A stretch of 64,000 nt of DNA from Cirrosporium novae-zelandiae (Eukaryota): NCBI GenBank assembly GCA_026023565.1, contig JAPETS010000004.1, positions 558,001-622,000 on the forward strand, in the 5' to 3' direction. The translations under genes and the position numbers were made by a program. Positions within the stretch are counted from its first letter, which is position 1. Every line of letters begins with the position of its first letter. Of the stretch, positions 50,639-63,702 are shown in pieces. The notes beneath the pieces are model-generated. The model did no database searches, was not told where the DNA came from, and saw only the letters and a list, made by a program, of their open reading frames with translations.

Positions 50639-53600
50639 TTACGCTTCAATCATAGCCACATCAGTCACACCAGTCCCAGCAACCTCATCCATTTCCCTCA
50701 ACGTAAACTCCACAACCCAACTCTCCAGCAGTAGCTCTTCCATCCGCCGATAGTGCCGCTCCGTGTACGCCTCGATGGCCCTAAGCACCTCTTTTACATT
50801 CGTGCCTTCTGCAGCGCCCTTGGTGTCAGATGCTGTCTGATCCCCTGCTCCTCCTCCTCCACCAGGCCCACCCATGCGCAGTCTTGCAAACGTGGAGGCA
50901 GGATATGCCTTAACTAGGACATTTAGGACGCGCTGGGCGATGGGTGCGGTGCGTGCGTTGGTGTTCCAGTCGCGAACACGGCGGAGGAGTTGAGCGAGCT
51001 GGACATCGGCGAGGGAGGCGAGGACGGCGTCGACTTCCTTATTTCCGGTGCCGGTGCCGGTATTTTCTACGTCTTCTGAGGTGGAGTTGTTATCGACTTC
51101 TTCTTGACTTTGTTGTTGTTGTTGCTGTTGTTGTAGAGAAGCTTCGGCAGCGCCGGTGAGCAGGGAAAGGAGACGGCCTGGTTGGTCGAGAGCGAGGGCG
51201 AGGGTGATGGCTTCGCGGTATGAACCCGCGTGAACAAGGTTCTGTAAGCGTTGGTCGGCTTCCAGGCGTGCGGATGAGGCGGCGATTGTGCGGGCGACGA
51301 CTGTGGAGGTGATGTCCCGCCAGAATGTGACGATGCTGTCAGCGCCGCCAGAGATGAGTGTCGAGGGCTTGGGAGAGCTGGTAGAAGTGGAGGATGGGAA
51401 GGGAAGAGGATAGGGAGGTGTGGCTAGGGCCCAAATGCGGTCGGAGTGGTTGTCCAGAGTCGTTACGCATTCAGCTGATTGTGCAGACCAGATCTTTAGG
51501 AGGGCATCACCACCAGCGGAGGCGATGAGGGTTTCTTGGTTTTTGGGATTGGTTTGTGCATTTGTGTCTGAGTCCGAGGATTCGGAGGGTGAGGGGGGTA
51601 GCCAGACTACTTTTAGGATACTAGCTGTGTGGCCCTCAAGGGTTCGGAGACATGAGTAATCGCCTAGACTCCATATCTTGATGGTTTTGTCACCGCTTCC
51701 TGTCAGAATGAGATTTCGGTGGCTCTGGCCACCCTCTATTGTGAGAGGAGGGACGAAAGAAGGCGAAAATTTCACGGCCCAGACACCTCTTTTATGACCC
51801 CGAAGGACCCCTATCGGTTCACCCTCTTCTATAGACCATATTTTTACAAGACGGTCTTGAGATGCTGAGGCAGCAAGCGTGGATATCGAATTTATGTCTA
51901 GGGCGTTTATGTCCTTTTCATGCGCTTTACGTGTGTATAAGGCCCGAGGTGGTTTTGAAGGTTCGAGCTTATTCGATGATGAAGGGGGGGGAATCGTCCA
52001 GCGCTTGATTGTGCGGTCTTGGGAGCCGGTGAGGAGGAAAGGAGGTGGATGTTCTAAAGGATTAGTGTAGGCGGGGGAAGACTCCTGAGAAACTGTTTTG
52101 GGAAGGGAGATGGCTCCGATGGTTTCAGTGTGTCCTGTGAAGGTGCAGTAGCATGTATAGGATGAAGTGGAGGGATCTAGACGCCAGAGTTTGGCGGTGC
52201 GGTCTTTAGCTCCTGTAGCAATCCAGTGCCCGGACCAGGAGATGTCCAAGCAGATTATTATGTCGGAGTGACCTTTGAGGTGAGCAACATCAGCGCCAAA
52301 GTGTTCTGCTGAGGATGTATCAAGGGAGACGATACGGAGGGTTTCAGAATTGGTGGCGAGTGCTAGAAGCGATTGGTCGGGTCCGGCATAAGCAAGATCT
52401 ATGACTTCGTCGTAATTACCTGAGATATGGCGGAGAATTGGGAGTGGTTCTAAAGATTGGCCTTGACAAAATTCTAATATGGAGTCGAGAGAGTGTATCC
52501 GTAGTGTTTGGTCCGCATGCACTGATATCAGCCACTGTCTTAAAGAACAGTGGATGACTGTGTATATACCCTCCTCTTCGGGCATTATTTCTTGCTCGGG
52601 AGTGATCTCTCTACCACTAGCTGCTTCCCATAACCGTAATCTTCCTGTTTCTCCTCCAGTATAAATAATTTCCCCTCCTTTCAGGAACCCAGCAGTCTCC
52701 ACAGTTTCAAGGATAGGAATAACTCTTTTCGGTTTCCCACTTCTAATATCCCAGACTATGGCAGTCTTATCCCTACTTGCAGAAACCAGAGCGTCATCCT
52801 CGGGTGAAAACTCCAAGGAGCGGACAAGCGAAACATGGGAATCGAGCGTAGCAATTGATTTTCTCTTATTTAGATCCCATATCCTGATCTTACCATCTTC
52901 TCCACCGGATGCAAGTTTAAAAACCTCCGGTGATGCTCCAACGGTGCCGTTCCTATCTTTTATTGTCACATTATCCGAGCTATTAGTCTCATTCTGACTC
53001 TTCTTTTTATTTTTAGAAGATTCTTTCTCGATGTCCTTGCCTTCTTCCTTCGATTGGAAGAAGTGTAATGCCGTCACCAGTCCACTATGTCCATGGAAGC
53101 TGTGTGTGGCATAACCACCTCTTATATCCCATACTTTGAGGCTTCCATCTGCAGCACCAGTCGCTACCAAGGTTCCTGTTTGATCAACAGCGGACACAAC
53201 GACAGGAGCAGTATGTGGTTTCCAGCTTCGTAATAATTTCGGGTTGATTTTATCAGATGACCCTCCTGATGATTCAAGGGAGAATATTCGCATCAACAGT
53301 GAACGAGAGGATATTATCAGGTATCCTCCAGATGGTGTTACTACATAAATGGTTATTATGATATTCCCAGGTTCATTCAACGAAAAACATACTGGATATT
53401 GAAGTGACAGGCTCATCGTCCTATAGAAACAATTAGCAATCCAGCAAGCCCTTAACACCAAAGATATAAAAGTAGCGCACGCCTTCAATTCTTGCCAACT
53501 CCCTCCCCGAGTTGACGTCTGTTAACAGCACTTCCTCCCCTAGACAACTGGCAAGGATAGAACCTTGTTCATTAAGAGATATACCACCACCCAGGTATAT

Positions 53601-53657
53601 AGGCTGGATGGTGTTTTCTACCTCAAAAGTCGTTTTCACTTTCGAGAGCGGTGACAT
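50639..53657 (-). CDS. UTP13: Utp13/TBL3 WD40 SSU-processome subunit (exons 53657-53481, 53420-53393, 53340-50639)
   Basis: N-terminus KTTFEV..IQPIYLGG, multiple WD repeats (AHEKDINALD, LRGHKRGVWAVKFS) and a Utp13 C-domain (EAITLALALDQPGRL, VRDWNTNART, YTERHYRRM). Confidence 0.93.
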
Positions 53658-53919
53658 GGTTGATGATGGAGATAGTGAATTGTCGCAAATGAAATTAAAA
53701 ATTAGAAAATAAAAAGGTTTTTTCGGATGATGATGGCCCGAGCGTTTTAAGGTTATATAATGTGCGGGACTAGAATAGCTCCCGTGATTAGCTGCGGGAA
53801 GAAGCGAATTGGACCACAGCCACATTGTTACGTTGGTGTGGTTGGTATATTGTTCCCACCATTCATTACTCCATTACTCCCTTCTTCAGTTTATTCTCAA
53901 TTCATCATGATTGATCATC

Positions 53920-56491
53920 ATGGGCAGGCAAGCTTATCTGAATCGCTTGGCTCTGGTATGTGTAAACGTCATCTATTTACTAGTTCATTTCGTATGGATA
54001 TATGCGCATAGAGTTTGGGCTGACCACAATCATTACCAGGGTCGATCGCCCTTCGCTCCACCCGACGTGGTTCTAGAACCGGTAGATGAGCTTAGGGAAA
54101 TAGACCACGATACTTATGAACAACAATACAACTCCCGTGGTCGCCCCGTAAATCCAACCTCACGCGCTGCCTCTCGTCGTCTTCGGCGAGCTGAAAATGA
54201 GATCCTTTCCAACATTGGCGTGCTGGTGAATGCCTATCAGACCAAGGCCACGCAACCGGCCGAACTCTCCCAAGATGCCCTGGAGAAGATTGAATCGGAA
54301 AATCGTCAAGGATATTTCATCCATATCGTCGACATCACCCTGCTAAGTGCTCTATTCTCGTGGGTTAAGGCTATAAAGGCTAGGTTACAGGTATGACCTA
54401 CCTTCATCCTAGCAAGTATGAGAAAATCCATATTGACTAGCAGAATAGACCTTTAAGACCTATACTGGGATCAATCTAGGTGATATTATTCAAACCGAAC
54501 GGGATTATTATGGATTCCTTCAATTCTTCCTTCCGGGGATTCCAGCGAGCATCATTAGTCTCCTCATCCAAGCTGGGGTTGAAACTGCTTTTAGACAAGT
54601 AGATGCATGGCTTAGGAAGAAATATCCTGAACCTTCTCGCCTCATGCAATTTGTGCTGAATTATCATGGATATTTGTAGGTCTATTTAATTCCATGCCAT
54701 CAAATATAAGAACTAATTTACGACAATAGCTTCAAGTCGGCCGTCTTCATCATTTGTTTCCCATTAGATATTTATTCACACCTTCAATTCTTGGGGCTTC
54801 TATCAGCATGGCCTCTGTTCCCACATCCTCGTTCCTGCATACCATTTTCCTCCTCCTCGCCAATTCAACTACCTTCTATCCCACAGCCAATTTCTATCGC
54901 AGGCGTGGTCGGGCTTGGAAGAAGGATGATCATGTCTCCAATAGGTCTTTTGTATTTTCATCAACAACTCATCCTAGAAATACCTGACATGCTAAATTCC
55001 TACTTCAATAAAATATTACCCAGTCCAGATAATGCAGACCTCGCTACATATCAAGGTGCCAAAGACCTCGGCGTGGAGGACGATGTAATACCATACCTAG
55101 ACCCGGAATCTTCGTTTGAAACAGCCTCAATACGCCAGGAACTCATTCATAACTTCCATAGTTTGCGACGCTGGTGTAAAGACTGGTTCAGACGCTTACA
55201 ACCACAGCGCGTGCGCTATTCCACTAATAGGACCATTCGGAACTCCGGCTTTGGGATACCTGAGGGACTGCGTAATTCTGATTATGAGCGTAGTAGGTCT
55301 GAGTTACTAGCTATTCTCAATAATATTGGAAACACGCCTGGGTTCGACTCGGATACTCTTGCCGAAGTGGACGGAGAAGGTGGAGGAGAAAGCTCACATC
55401 TGGATCTGAGACAACAGCAAAGCAATAATAATCGGCAAAGCCAAGGGCAGGCATCTATCGACCATACCCAACAGCTTAGCACAGAGACACACCCTCCGCA
55501 ACATAATGAAACTCAGTCACAACAGGATCCCTCACTTCCAAATCTCATAGATGACCCTTTTATCGACAACACTAATAATCCCGCTCAGAATCTTCCAACT
55601 AGGCTTTCAACGAGTCCACCAACAGTCACCGACTCTAGTCTTCTGTCTCACCTCCAAACTTCCCAGCCTTCAACTCCCCCACCCCCACCACGCTCATCAA
55701 CGACCCCGTCATCCTCTGTGCCCTCAACCCCTGTCTCCCCGCCAACACGTTCCGTACGTGTCTCCACAAACGCAGATGTAATGACACTTGAAGTCGAAGT
55801 CCCGAGAAGCTCACCACCACAGTCTCCAACACAACGACAGCCTCCCCAAGCCCGCGGGCCGGAAAGACAAGGACAGGACACAAATAGGCTTGCCGGGATG
55901 CTCACAGCAGCAGCACAAACGAATGGTCAAGCAAGACCAGGGGAAAGAGAATACACAATCCCTGAACTCCTCGACAATATCCCAAACATGACGGTCGAAG
56001 AGCGTGTCGCAAGGATAAACCATCAACTAGGTTGGACTACCGGGGAACCCCCTCAACCCTCCGCCCGCCCCACTGCCGCACACTCTCATCGTCCATCCCT
56101 CCATCGAAGAGGCGCAAAACACCACCTCACAGTGCTAACCTGCGCCCCCTCCACCCTCCTCGCCAGCCGCCTCTCAAACATCGTCTTCTCTATCCTCTCA
56201 ACCCCCTTCACGTCCATCTTCTATCGCGTTCTCGCCAGCTCTTACATATCCTCCAGAATCCCCTCACCCGGAAGAGAACCCTGGTTCAACACTACCACAC
56301 CTCTATACATATCAACCACAAGCCCCGCCACGGTATACGAACCCACGAACTTTGGGTCTGGATGGGCATATCTCTCGCGGCTGGCGGTCTGTGACGTTAT
56401 TTTAGCGGGCATCGGATGGATGAGCTGGGAAATCATGGTGGATGTGGTTGTGAAGTTGGGGATTTGGAGATATGGATGGGGGAGGTTTTGA
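53920..56491 (+). CDS. Uncharacterised protein with hydrophobic segments flanking a large disordered insert (introns 53956-54039, about 54391-54449, about 54677-54730)
   Basis: N-terminus MGRQAYLNRLAL|GRSPF...YNSRGRPVNP...RRAENEILSNIGV, a 566-aa terminal ORF ending LGIWRYGWGRF, and canonical splice signals. Confidence 0.72.
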
Positions 56492-56889
56492 AACGTGGTG
56501 GTTGGTAATGGTAGGAGTAATAGCGCAATTTAACGCGTACCGGAAAGTAGAATGGATGGAAGGGTAATTCCTCTTTGTTGTATGTATGTGTATATATATG
56601 TGTGTGTATGCGCGTGTGTGTATAAATTAAAACTTCCCATCTCATCCATCCATTTCATCTCACGAAAAAAAAAAAAAACGCTTTAATTTATATAACTACC
56701 TAATCCAATTAACTCCCACCCATAGGCATATTATCGCCTTGTTTGAAAAAAATAAACCATCCACTAAATAGATATATTATTAGTAATAAACAAATTCGCT
56801 ATATCATACCATACATATATACAATTTTACAAAAACCTTTCATAAAAAAATCCAACCAATCACAATAAAGTCATTAATTTATCTAATCT

Positions 56890-57013
56890 GCCTCTATGGC
56901 GCAGGGGTAACGCGTAACGCTTGTATCTCTTCCTCTGTTCTTCAATTAAGAAGTGCAAGGAGGAAGGAAACAAAAAAACGTTAAGATCCGCAGTTCGAAT
57001 CCGCGTAGAGGCA
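56890..57013 (+). tRNA. tRNA-Thr(UGU) with a 52-nt intron (56926-56977)
   Basis: Acceptor stem GCCTCTA/TAGAGGC plus A73, anticodon stem TAACG/CGTTA, loop CT-TGT-A^A, T-loop GTTCGAATC, and a downstream oligo-T Pol III terminator. Confidence 0.9.
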
Positions 57014-57317
57014 TGATTCTTTTTTTGATTTTTTTGGGGAGGGGGGAATGGAAAGGTAAAGAAGGGTAGGGTAGGGTAGGGTAGGTGGGAAGAAGGGCTA
57101 AGTAAGGGTTAACGGAATTAATTTAAATGATAGGTATGGGCGTGGGGCATAGTAGGTATGTGTGTGTATTGTGTGGGGGTTTGTTTACCTTGATTGGATA
57201 AGGTATTTTTTTTGAGAATAGTATTTAGCTGAATAGAATAGGGGTGTACTGTGTATGTATGTATTGTATGTATATATAAGTACTCGTGTCCCACTTTCAA
57301 AACAAGTTTAAGATAGC

Positions 57318-59010
57318 CTAATATCTAGCGATCCATTCCCCATTAACCTTCCCCGGGGTCTTTCCGGCGCTTCTTCTTGGAAAGTACGAAGGCTGGCCCG
57401 GACTAATTCCCCTTCGTCCTTTCCTGCTTGCAATCGACACCGTAGAATTAGTCAACGAGTCCATATCGGCCGCATAAGTCCCAATAACATAAGCAATCGC
57501 CTTTGTATTAACCTCGAACGCAACCTTAGCCAGATTCGTCATATTGTCGCCCGCAGCATGGTAATTAACATCGTATGCGACGCCGGCCTCACCACCGAAC
57601 AGTGCGGCCTCCTCCTCAGATTTGAGATCCTCGGCCCCGGTGAACAAACCCCCCGAAGCGATCCCAGCTTCAATGAATCCGTAATAGTCGGAGCGGCCAT
57701 CAAACGCGCTGGCGTTGTAGGCCAGGCCGGATTTGTTGAAGTATTCCTGGAACTTGAGTTCGATGTCCCCGGAGCCTGCGGGCCCGCTGGAGTTGAAGGC
57801 ATCGCCGTCACCGTCGTAGATCCCATAGACGTAGTTTGGAGAGGCGATCATGTCCATGTTTAGGTATCCCTTGATCCTAGAGATTTCGGTTGCGTTGAGG
57901 TTTTCTGTGTAGTAGGAGGATCCCAGCAGGCCAAACTCTTCGGCGGTCCAGAAACCGAAGCGTACGGCATTAGTGATAGAGAAGTGGGTTAGGGCCTTAG
58001 CGACGATTAAGTTTCCGATGATGCCGGAGCCGTCGTCGTTTATTCCCGGTCCGGCTTCGACGGAGTCGGTGTGTCCGCCGCTCATGATGACCATGTCGTG
58101 GTTTCCGGATTTGGTTTCGGCGATCACGTTGTAGGTTGTGCGGTTCTCGGTCAGGCTGGAGACGTATAGAGTCGCGTTTAGGGGTAGGGCTGAGACCAGT
58201 GTAGTTCCGTTTGCTTGGCTGATTCCGACGACGGGGACGTAGGAGCCTATGGAGGAGCTTGAACCCCCGAGCGTGCCGCTGAAGCTGCCTTCGACGTTGT
58301 TGTAGATGACAGCGCCCAGGGCTCCGGCAACTCCTGCCAGGGCACATTTGTCAGAGAAGGTGCAGGTGCCACGGAGTATCAGGGCAATGTTGCCTTCAAC
58401 TTCGTCGGGGAAATCTGACTGGATAAAGGAGGTGGGTTAGTAGTAGTAGCTCATTCTGGTATAGTAAAAAAAAACTTTGTGTAACCTACGGCATCGCAAC
58501 CCAGATTTGAGACTAGAATCAATTCTGCAGTAACGTTTCCGCTAGGGCTATAGGTCATGCTCTCTGCACCTTGGTCTTCACCATTTGCGGTTAAGGAGAC
58601 ATTGCTCTGTGAATATTCCTGAACCTGTTCCTGGAAGTAGACGTCATAATATCCAGTGGCGACGAGCTCGTCATATATATAGTTGATAGTATCATTGTGT
58701 GCTTGTCCGCCAAAGACGCGGTTTCTACTGGAGTAGGAATATGCAAAGTCTTCTAGTTTTTGCGCAGAACCAATAAGGTCGTCGATCGAGATGAGTTCCA
58801 TTAGACCGTCCTAGGCAACGGGAATTAACCTGATATCAATATAATGTGGCCCCTGCTTCTACTTACAGGACTAACGAGAGTTGAATTTTCAGCTCTCGGT
58901 TGAAGAGAGTCAGACGCGCTTCTGGACAGCATCTTCATTGGTGTATTGATTTGATATGTCAATGCTGTACCAGCAAGGCTAAAAGCCACAAAGCAGGAGG
59001 AAGTTTTCAT
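57318..59010 (-). CDS. Secreted M28 aminopeptidase (aminopeptidase Y/LAP2-like) with a PA domain (3 exons)
   Basis: Signal peptide, NRVFGGQAHNDTINYI, PA domain (IALILRGTCTF), GGHTDSV, GPGINDDGSG, FWTAEEFGLLGS, LNMDMIASPN, GRSDY and YHAAGD. Confidence 0.93.
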
Positions 59011-59924
59011 TATGACTGTATCTGCTGAAGAATGACTACTGCTTCAGTTCACAAAAAAAAAGAAACAAAAAATAGTAGCTATGAAAACCTCGTCATGAAA
59101 GCCGAGGGGGAGACATTCAAGTTAAACAGCCAGCAAGGGATTGGAAGCTCACGCGATGCAACATGGTCGCGTGTACTTCTGGAAGGTAGGACGAGATACT
59201 GATACGAAAAGTAAATTGCATCAATAAGAATTGTTTCCTGTTGACAACGGGAGTGGTTCAATTTCTGATAGTTGGTTCGATTTCATATTTCCTATCATGT
59301 CGGCGTAATGGGGTCTCGGCGAGTGGAGATGTCGTTGTATGCCCAGAGCTTGGCTTTGTAGAGAATTGGTTGACGGAGGGGAATTTTTTTGCTATAATCC
59401 TAGTAATTGTTTCGATTGTAACCATCACCATGTCTAGTTTTGGAAGATGGATAATTAACTGACGGTGTTTGTTCCTGATCTGCATCTTGGCGACTAAGAT
59501 CCTTATCTTGCATTTGTGCGCAAGTCCCCGAGTCCATATCTAACAGTTAACTAATTACCTAGGTAGCAATTGTTAACTGTTCTCGTAGATTAGATTAGAT
59601 GACATATACATGTGTATTCTTTTGGCTCTTGGATTTTGCTATAGTCTGGTCTATACGCACTGCTTGTTACTATAATTCTTTTATTGTTCTCACCATGCAG
59701 AAAGACAAGTCTTCATATTCGAGCAGAGAGAATGAGATGACCTTCCTGATCATCTCTTCCTTATTCCGTCTCAGGCATTCGCGCCTAGATCAGACAAGGT
59801 GATTTTGCAAAATTTACAGATCGACGAGGCCCGTTGGTCGATATTGTACACGGTATCTCTAGTCATACATGATCCTAAAATTAATCCGGCTCTTCACTTT
59901 GCACCCCCAGCTTTCTTGGTCGCG

Positions 59925-62900
59925 TCATGTCTTTGGCATCTTTGCCAATTCTCCCAACGTCTTGGATGCCCATTCTTCTTCACTTCCGGACAATGCTGCC
60001 TCGTCGCCAATCATGACTCTCCTCTCGCTCCCTTTAGCAGGTCGACGGATATATTTCTCCGCAGCCTCCTTAATGTCATTAATGCTAGTATCAAGAATGC
60101 GCTCCCGGCGTTCCTGTTTCATCTCATCCGTAAGACCCAAAGAAAAGAGGTCCATGCCCTCATTATTTACCGCTTCTGGGGCATCGACACTTGTAAAGAC
60201 GGATAGCTTTGCCTCTTCAAGATCTCTGTCGGTGAATGTCTCATTGAGAACCCATTCACCAGACTCTTTCATCACCTTCAAGGAGTTCTTTGGATTCGGG
60301 TCTCTGTAGCTCGAGTACGTGAAGGTGCCGAGAATGGAGTTATACGAAGCAGAAGCGCCGTACGCTCCCCCCTTCTCGCGGATCTCGTGATGGAGGTGTT
60401 TATGCGTAAGGAGTTGTGAGAGCAAGGTTAGAGGTGCAGAGGCTGCATCAGCATAGGGAACTGTACGAATGGCATGTGCGGCGTAGGAAACTTGGAAGGG
60501 GAACTTGATGAGGGTATTTGGTGTGGTGAATGCTGGGAATGTAGGATACGGTGATAAGACTGGGGATGTGGAGAGACTGCTAAGATTCGGAGACTCGTTT
60601 TGTGACGGCGTGAGGAAGGAATCAAGGTGCTGCTGAGCATTACAGCGCTCAGCGGCGTCGCAGGTTAGGGCTACGCGGAAAGCTGGCGTACGCGACTGCG
60701 CTATTGATTGTAGCAGTTGTAGCTTCTTCATCATATTGCTAGAGGCAAAGGTGTTGTGGTCCGAGAGTGAGTTGACGTATCCTAAGAATGTGAGTCCAGA
60801 GGAAATTTCACGGGCTCGGCAAGCGGGAGAGAGGCCGGCTTGGGCATACTGTGCGGCGTAACTGTGTCCGCCATCTGCAATGGTGCCAGTAGCACCACTG
60901 GCTATAGACTGAATGAGAAGTTCGATTTTGCGTTCGGCTTCGGCGTCGTTGAAATTAGTGTGGCCGATCATAGATTTGAAAAGGTTGAACATTGCAGGAA
61001 TGTTTTGGCTGAGAGCGTAGCCAGAAAAGTTGAGTTCGTCTTCGGTTGTCAATATATCTGAAGGCGAGGTTTTAATGTGGTAGCCTAAGGATATGCCACC
61101 CGTTTTAAGCCTGATCTTATCCTCTAACTGTTCGGCCGTTAAATCCTTGCCATCGACTTTCATGGCTGCAGCTGCAAAGATGGGTATCAGGATCCGAAGT
61201 TCATCTGGGATATTCCCTAAGCTGTGTAAGGCCCGGAAATATGTAAGACCATTCGTCTCTGTTTCCCTCCATTGAACTTTGAATTCATTCAAAGAGGTTG
61301 AAAAGTCCACTGGTTTTGGATATATTTTTCGAGGAATGTCGCTGACATGAAGCGTAGGGAGGCAGCTGACATCTTGAGACCTGGCTGCCTCTTGGACTTT
61401 CTGAAGCTCTTGCTCCTGATTCACCAATTTCTCTCGAGCTATGGCTTCATTCGGCCCATCTCGTATAGCCTCGGTTATTTTCTGGTTGAGACGCGAAGCC
61501 TCTTCATCTTTGAGGTTCTGCTCAAAGATCTCCGATGGAGCCATTGTGAAAGTAAAACTCTTGTCGTTGAGGAGATATTTGATTACCAGATTCTCCAGAT
61601 AGCCTTCTTCGGCATACTTTTCTTTAAACGCGGAGATAATTTCTTCATGAGCTAGACCATCAAAGGGGTCGGCACCTCTGAACCAATCTCCATTAATCCT
61701 TGTCATAATGTTCATACCAAAGCGAGGCGACTTATGTCTCAGACCAAGTTCAAATTGATGCAGAATCCCGTCGACTTTCTCACGTTCAAATCCCCTGAAA
61801 ACAGCATCCTTCAATGTTTGTTCAATGGTATCTTTGACCTTGGGGACATCTTTCTCGTGAACCCCGTTAAGGCCCACAGAGAATATGCCAATCTTTGCGC
61901 TGGAATCATATCCGGTATTCGGGCTGAATGCTAGACCAAGACCAGAGTCGATTAAAGCGTGGTAGAGAGGACCCTGTCCAGCTAGTAAAAGCTCAGAGAC
62001 GACATAGAGAGAAAATCCCTCCAAAACATTCGTCGAATCACCCATCATCCAAGATGTGGAGGTCTTAAATTGTTTGTCCTCTGGCATGGAGGGATCAATA
62101 GGACCAGGTACAGATACATATCGGTCAGATGGCTCTAGCTTATCCAAATCAATAGGCAACTTATTTTCGGAGTCCTCTACTATCTTATTAAACGAATCGA
62201 GCTGTTGACTAATCATTTTCAAATGATCATCCAATGGCATATCCCCATAGGTAACAATCTTAGCGTTGCTTGGATGGTAGTGATCTGCATGGAACCTTTT
62301 CAGGCGTTCGTATGTTAAATCTGTAATCTTCTTGGGATCTCCTCCGGAGTTGTTGATTGCCGGAAATATGTGGTCGTTGAACTGGACATAGAATTCTGAG
62401 TCGGGATCTGACATTACACCCTTCATTTCATTATAAACAACGCCTTTGAATACCAGCTTGCTATCTTTCTCTTGAGGATCCTCAGGCGCCAACCGCCACC
62501 CCTCTTGGAGGAAGTCATTCCGGCTTAGCAGTGGATGGAGCGTAGAATCAAGGTAGACAGAAAGTAGGTTCTGGAAATCTTTTCGGTTCGTAGTAGCGAA
62601 TGGGTATATTGTATGATCGGGATAGGTCATGGCGTTCATGAAGTTGGAAAGAGATCGCGGAAGCATCTTGAAGAAAGGGTCTCGAATAGGGAATCTTGTT
62701 CAACATTAGCTATACATCTTAGCATATTTAGCTTTTGCAGTTCTTTACTTTCGACTTCCGCATAATGTTGTATGCTCGAGGATATGAGGGACACCAGTAT
62801 CATCCGGTGGGTTGGTTTTGAAACCGATAGAAAAAACATTGTTATTATCATTTCGAGCAACATGGAGTAAATTTGCACCAGTCATGTTATGAGTGAGATG

Positions 62901-63092
62901 AAAGGCCGTAAGTTGAAGCTCAGGCACATGCTTTGTCCGCAGTAATGTGAAGCCATGAAGCTGTTCCTGTGGTTTTGGATAATCTAAATTCGCGACATGG
63001 GCGAACTTCCTTTTGCTTGGAGGGAATAGTAATCTGGGTATGGCGGGAAGGTTAGGACTTTTCAAGGTCAATCGGGAATGCAAACGCAACAT
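59925..63092 (-). CDS. CYM1: Mitochondrial presequence protease Cym1 (M16C); one intron at about 62695-62748
   Basis: Arg-rich presequence, [15 protein letters not shown] (inverted HxxEH), [44 protein letters not shown] and SYRDP. Confidence 0.95.
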
Positions 63093-63702
63093 TTTGAGAA
63101 CGCCTTAGGCTTCTAAGTTCTAGAAGCCTCGATATTATTGCGAACATCAAATGTGAATACTTATCTGAAGATTCAACCTAGAACACTGAAAGCTATATTT
63201 CGGCGTGCTCGGTATGAAACGGAAGTGGATTGTCGGCCGAGAGACCTCCGTCAACCCTCCTCTTTCTTGTGCCTGTCGATTAATCATATCAACCCACGTG
63301 CAGCCCTTTGGCCCTAATTCATCCCAGGCCCTTTGTCAAATTAATTATGGATACTAAGATACTGTAGTGCCAAGATCGAGATTTCCATACAGCTATAAGT
63401 ACAAGCAAGATACCAACAAATAACCAGCTTCTTGGCTAGTTGTTTTAGAGCCTTCCCAGGAACATTACTACATTACTCCGCCCTTTTTTCCTATAAAGAT
63501 AAAGATGAACAGAACTCCTTCAAAACCAATGAATCAAAGAAAAAGACTCAAAGCCTTGCAACAAACTAATCCAGTTCGGTCTGCAAGCATTAGCGTACCC
63601 GACATCAATTAACAGACCTGCTGCTAGTGATAAATTATTAATCCTGCCCTAGAAATAAAAACGCCGATTGTAGTCGCAGGACCTCGGTAAAATCCCCCAT
63701 AT

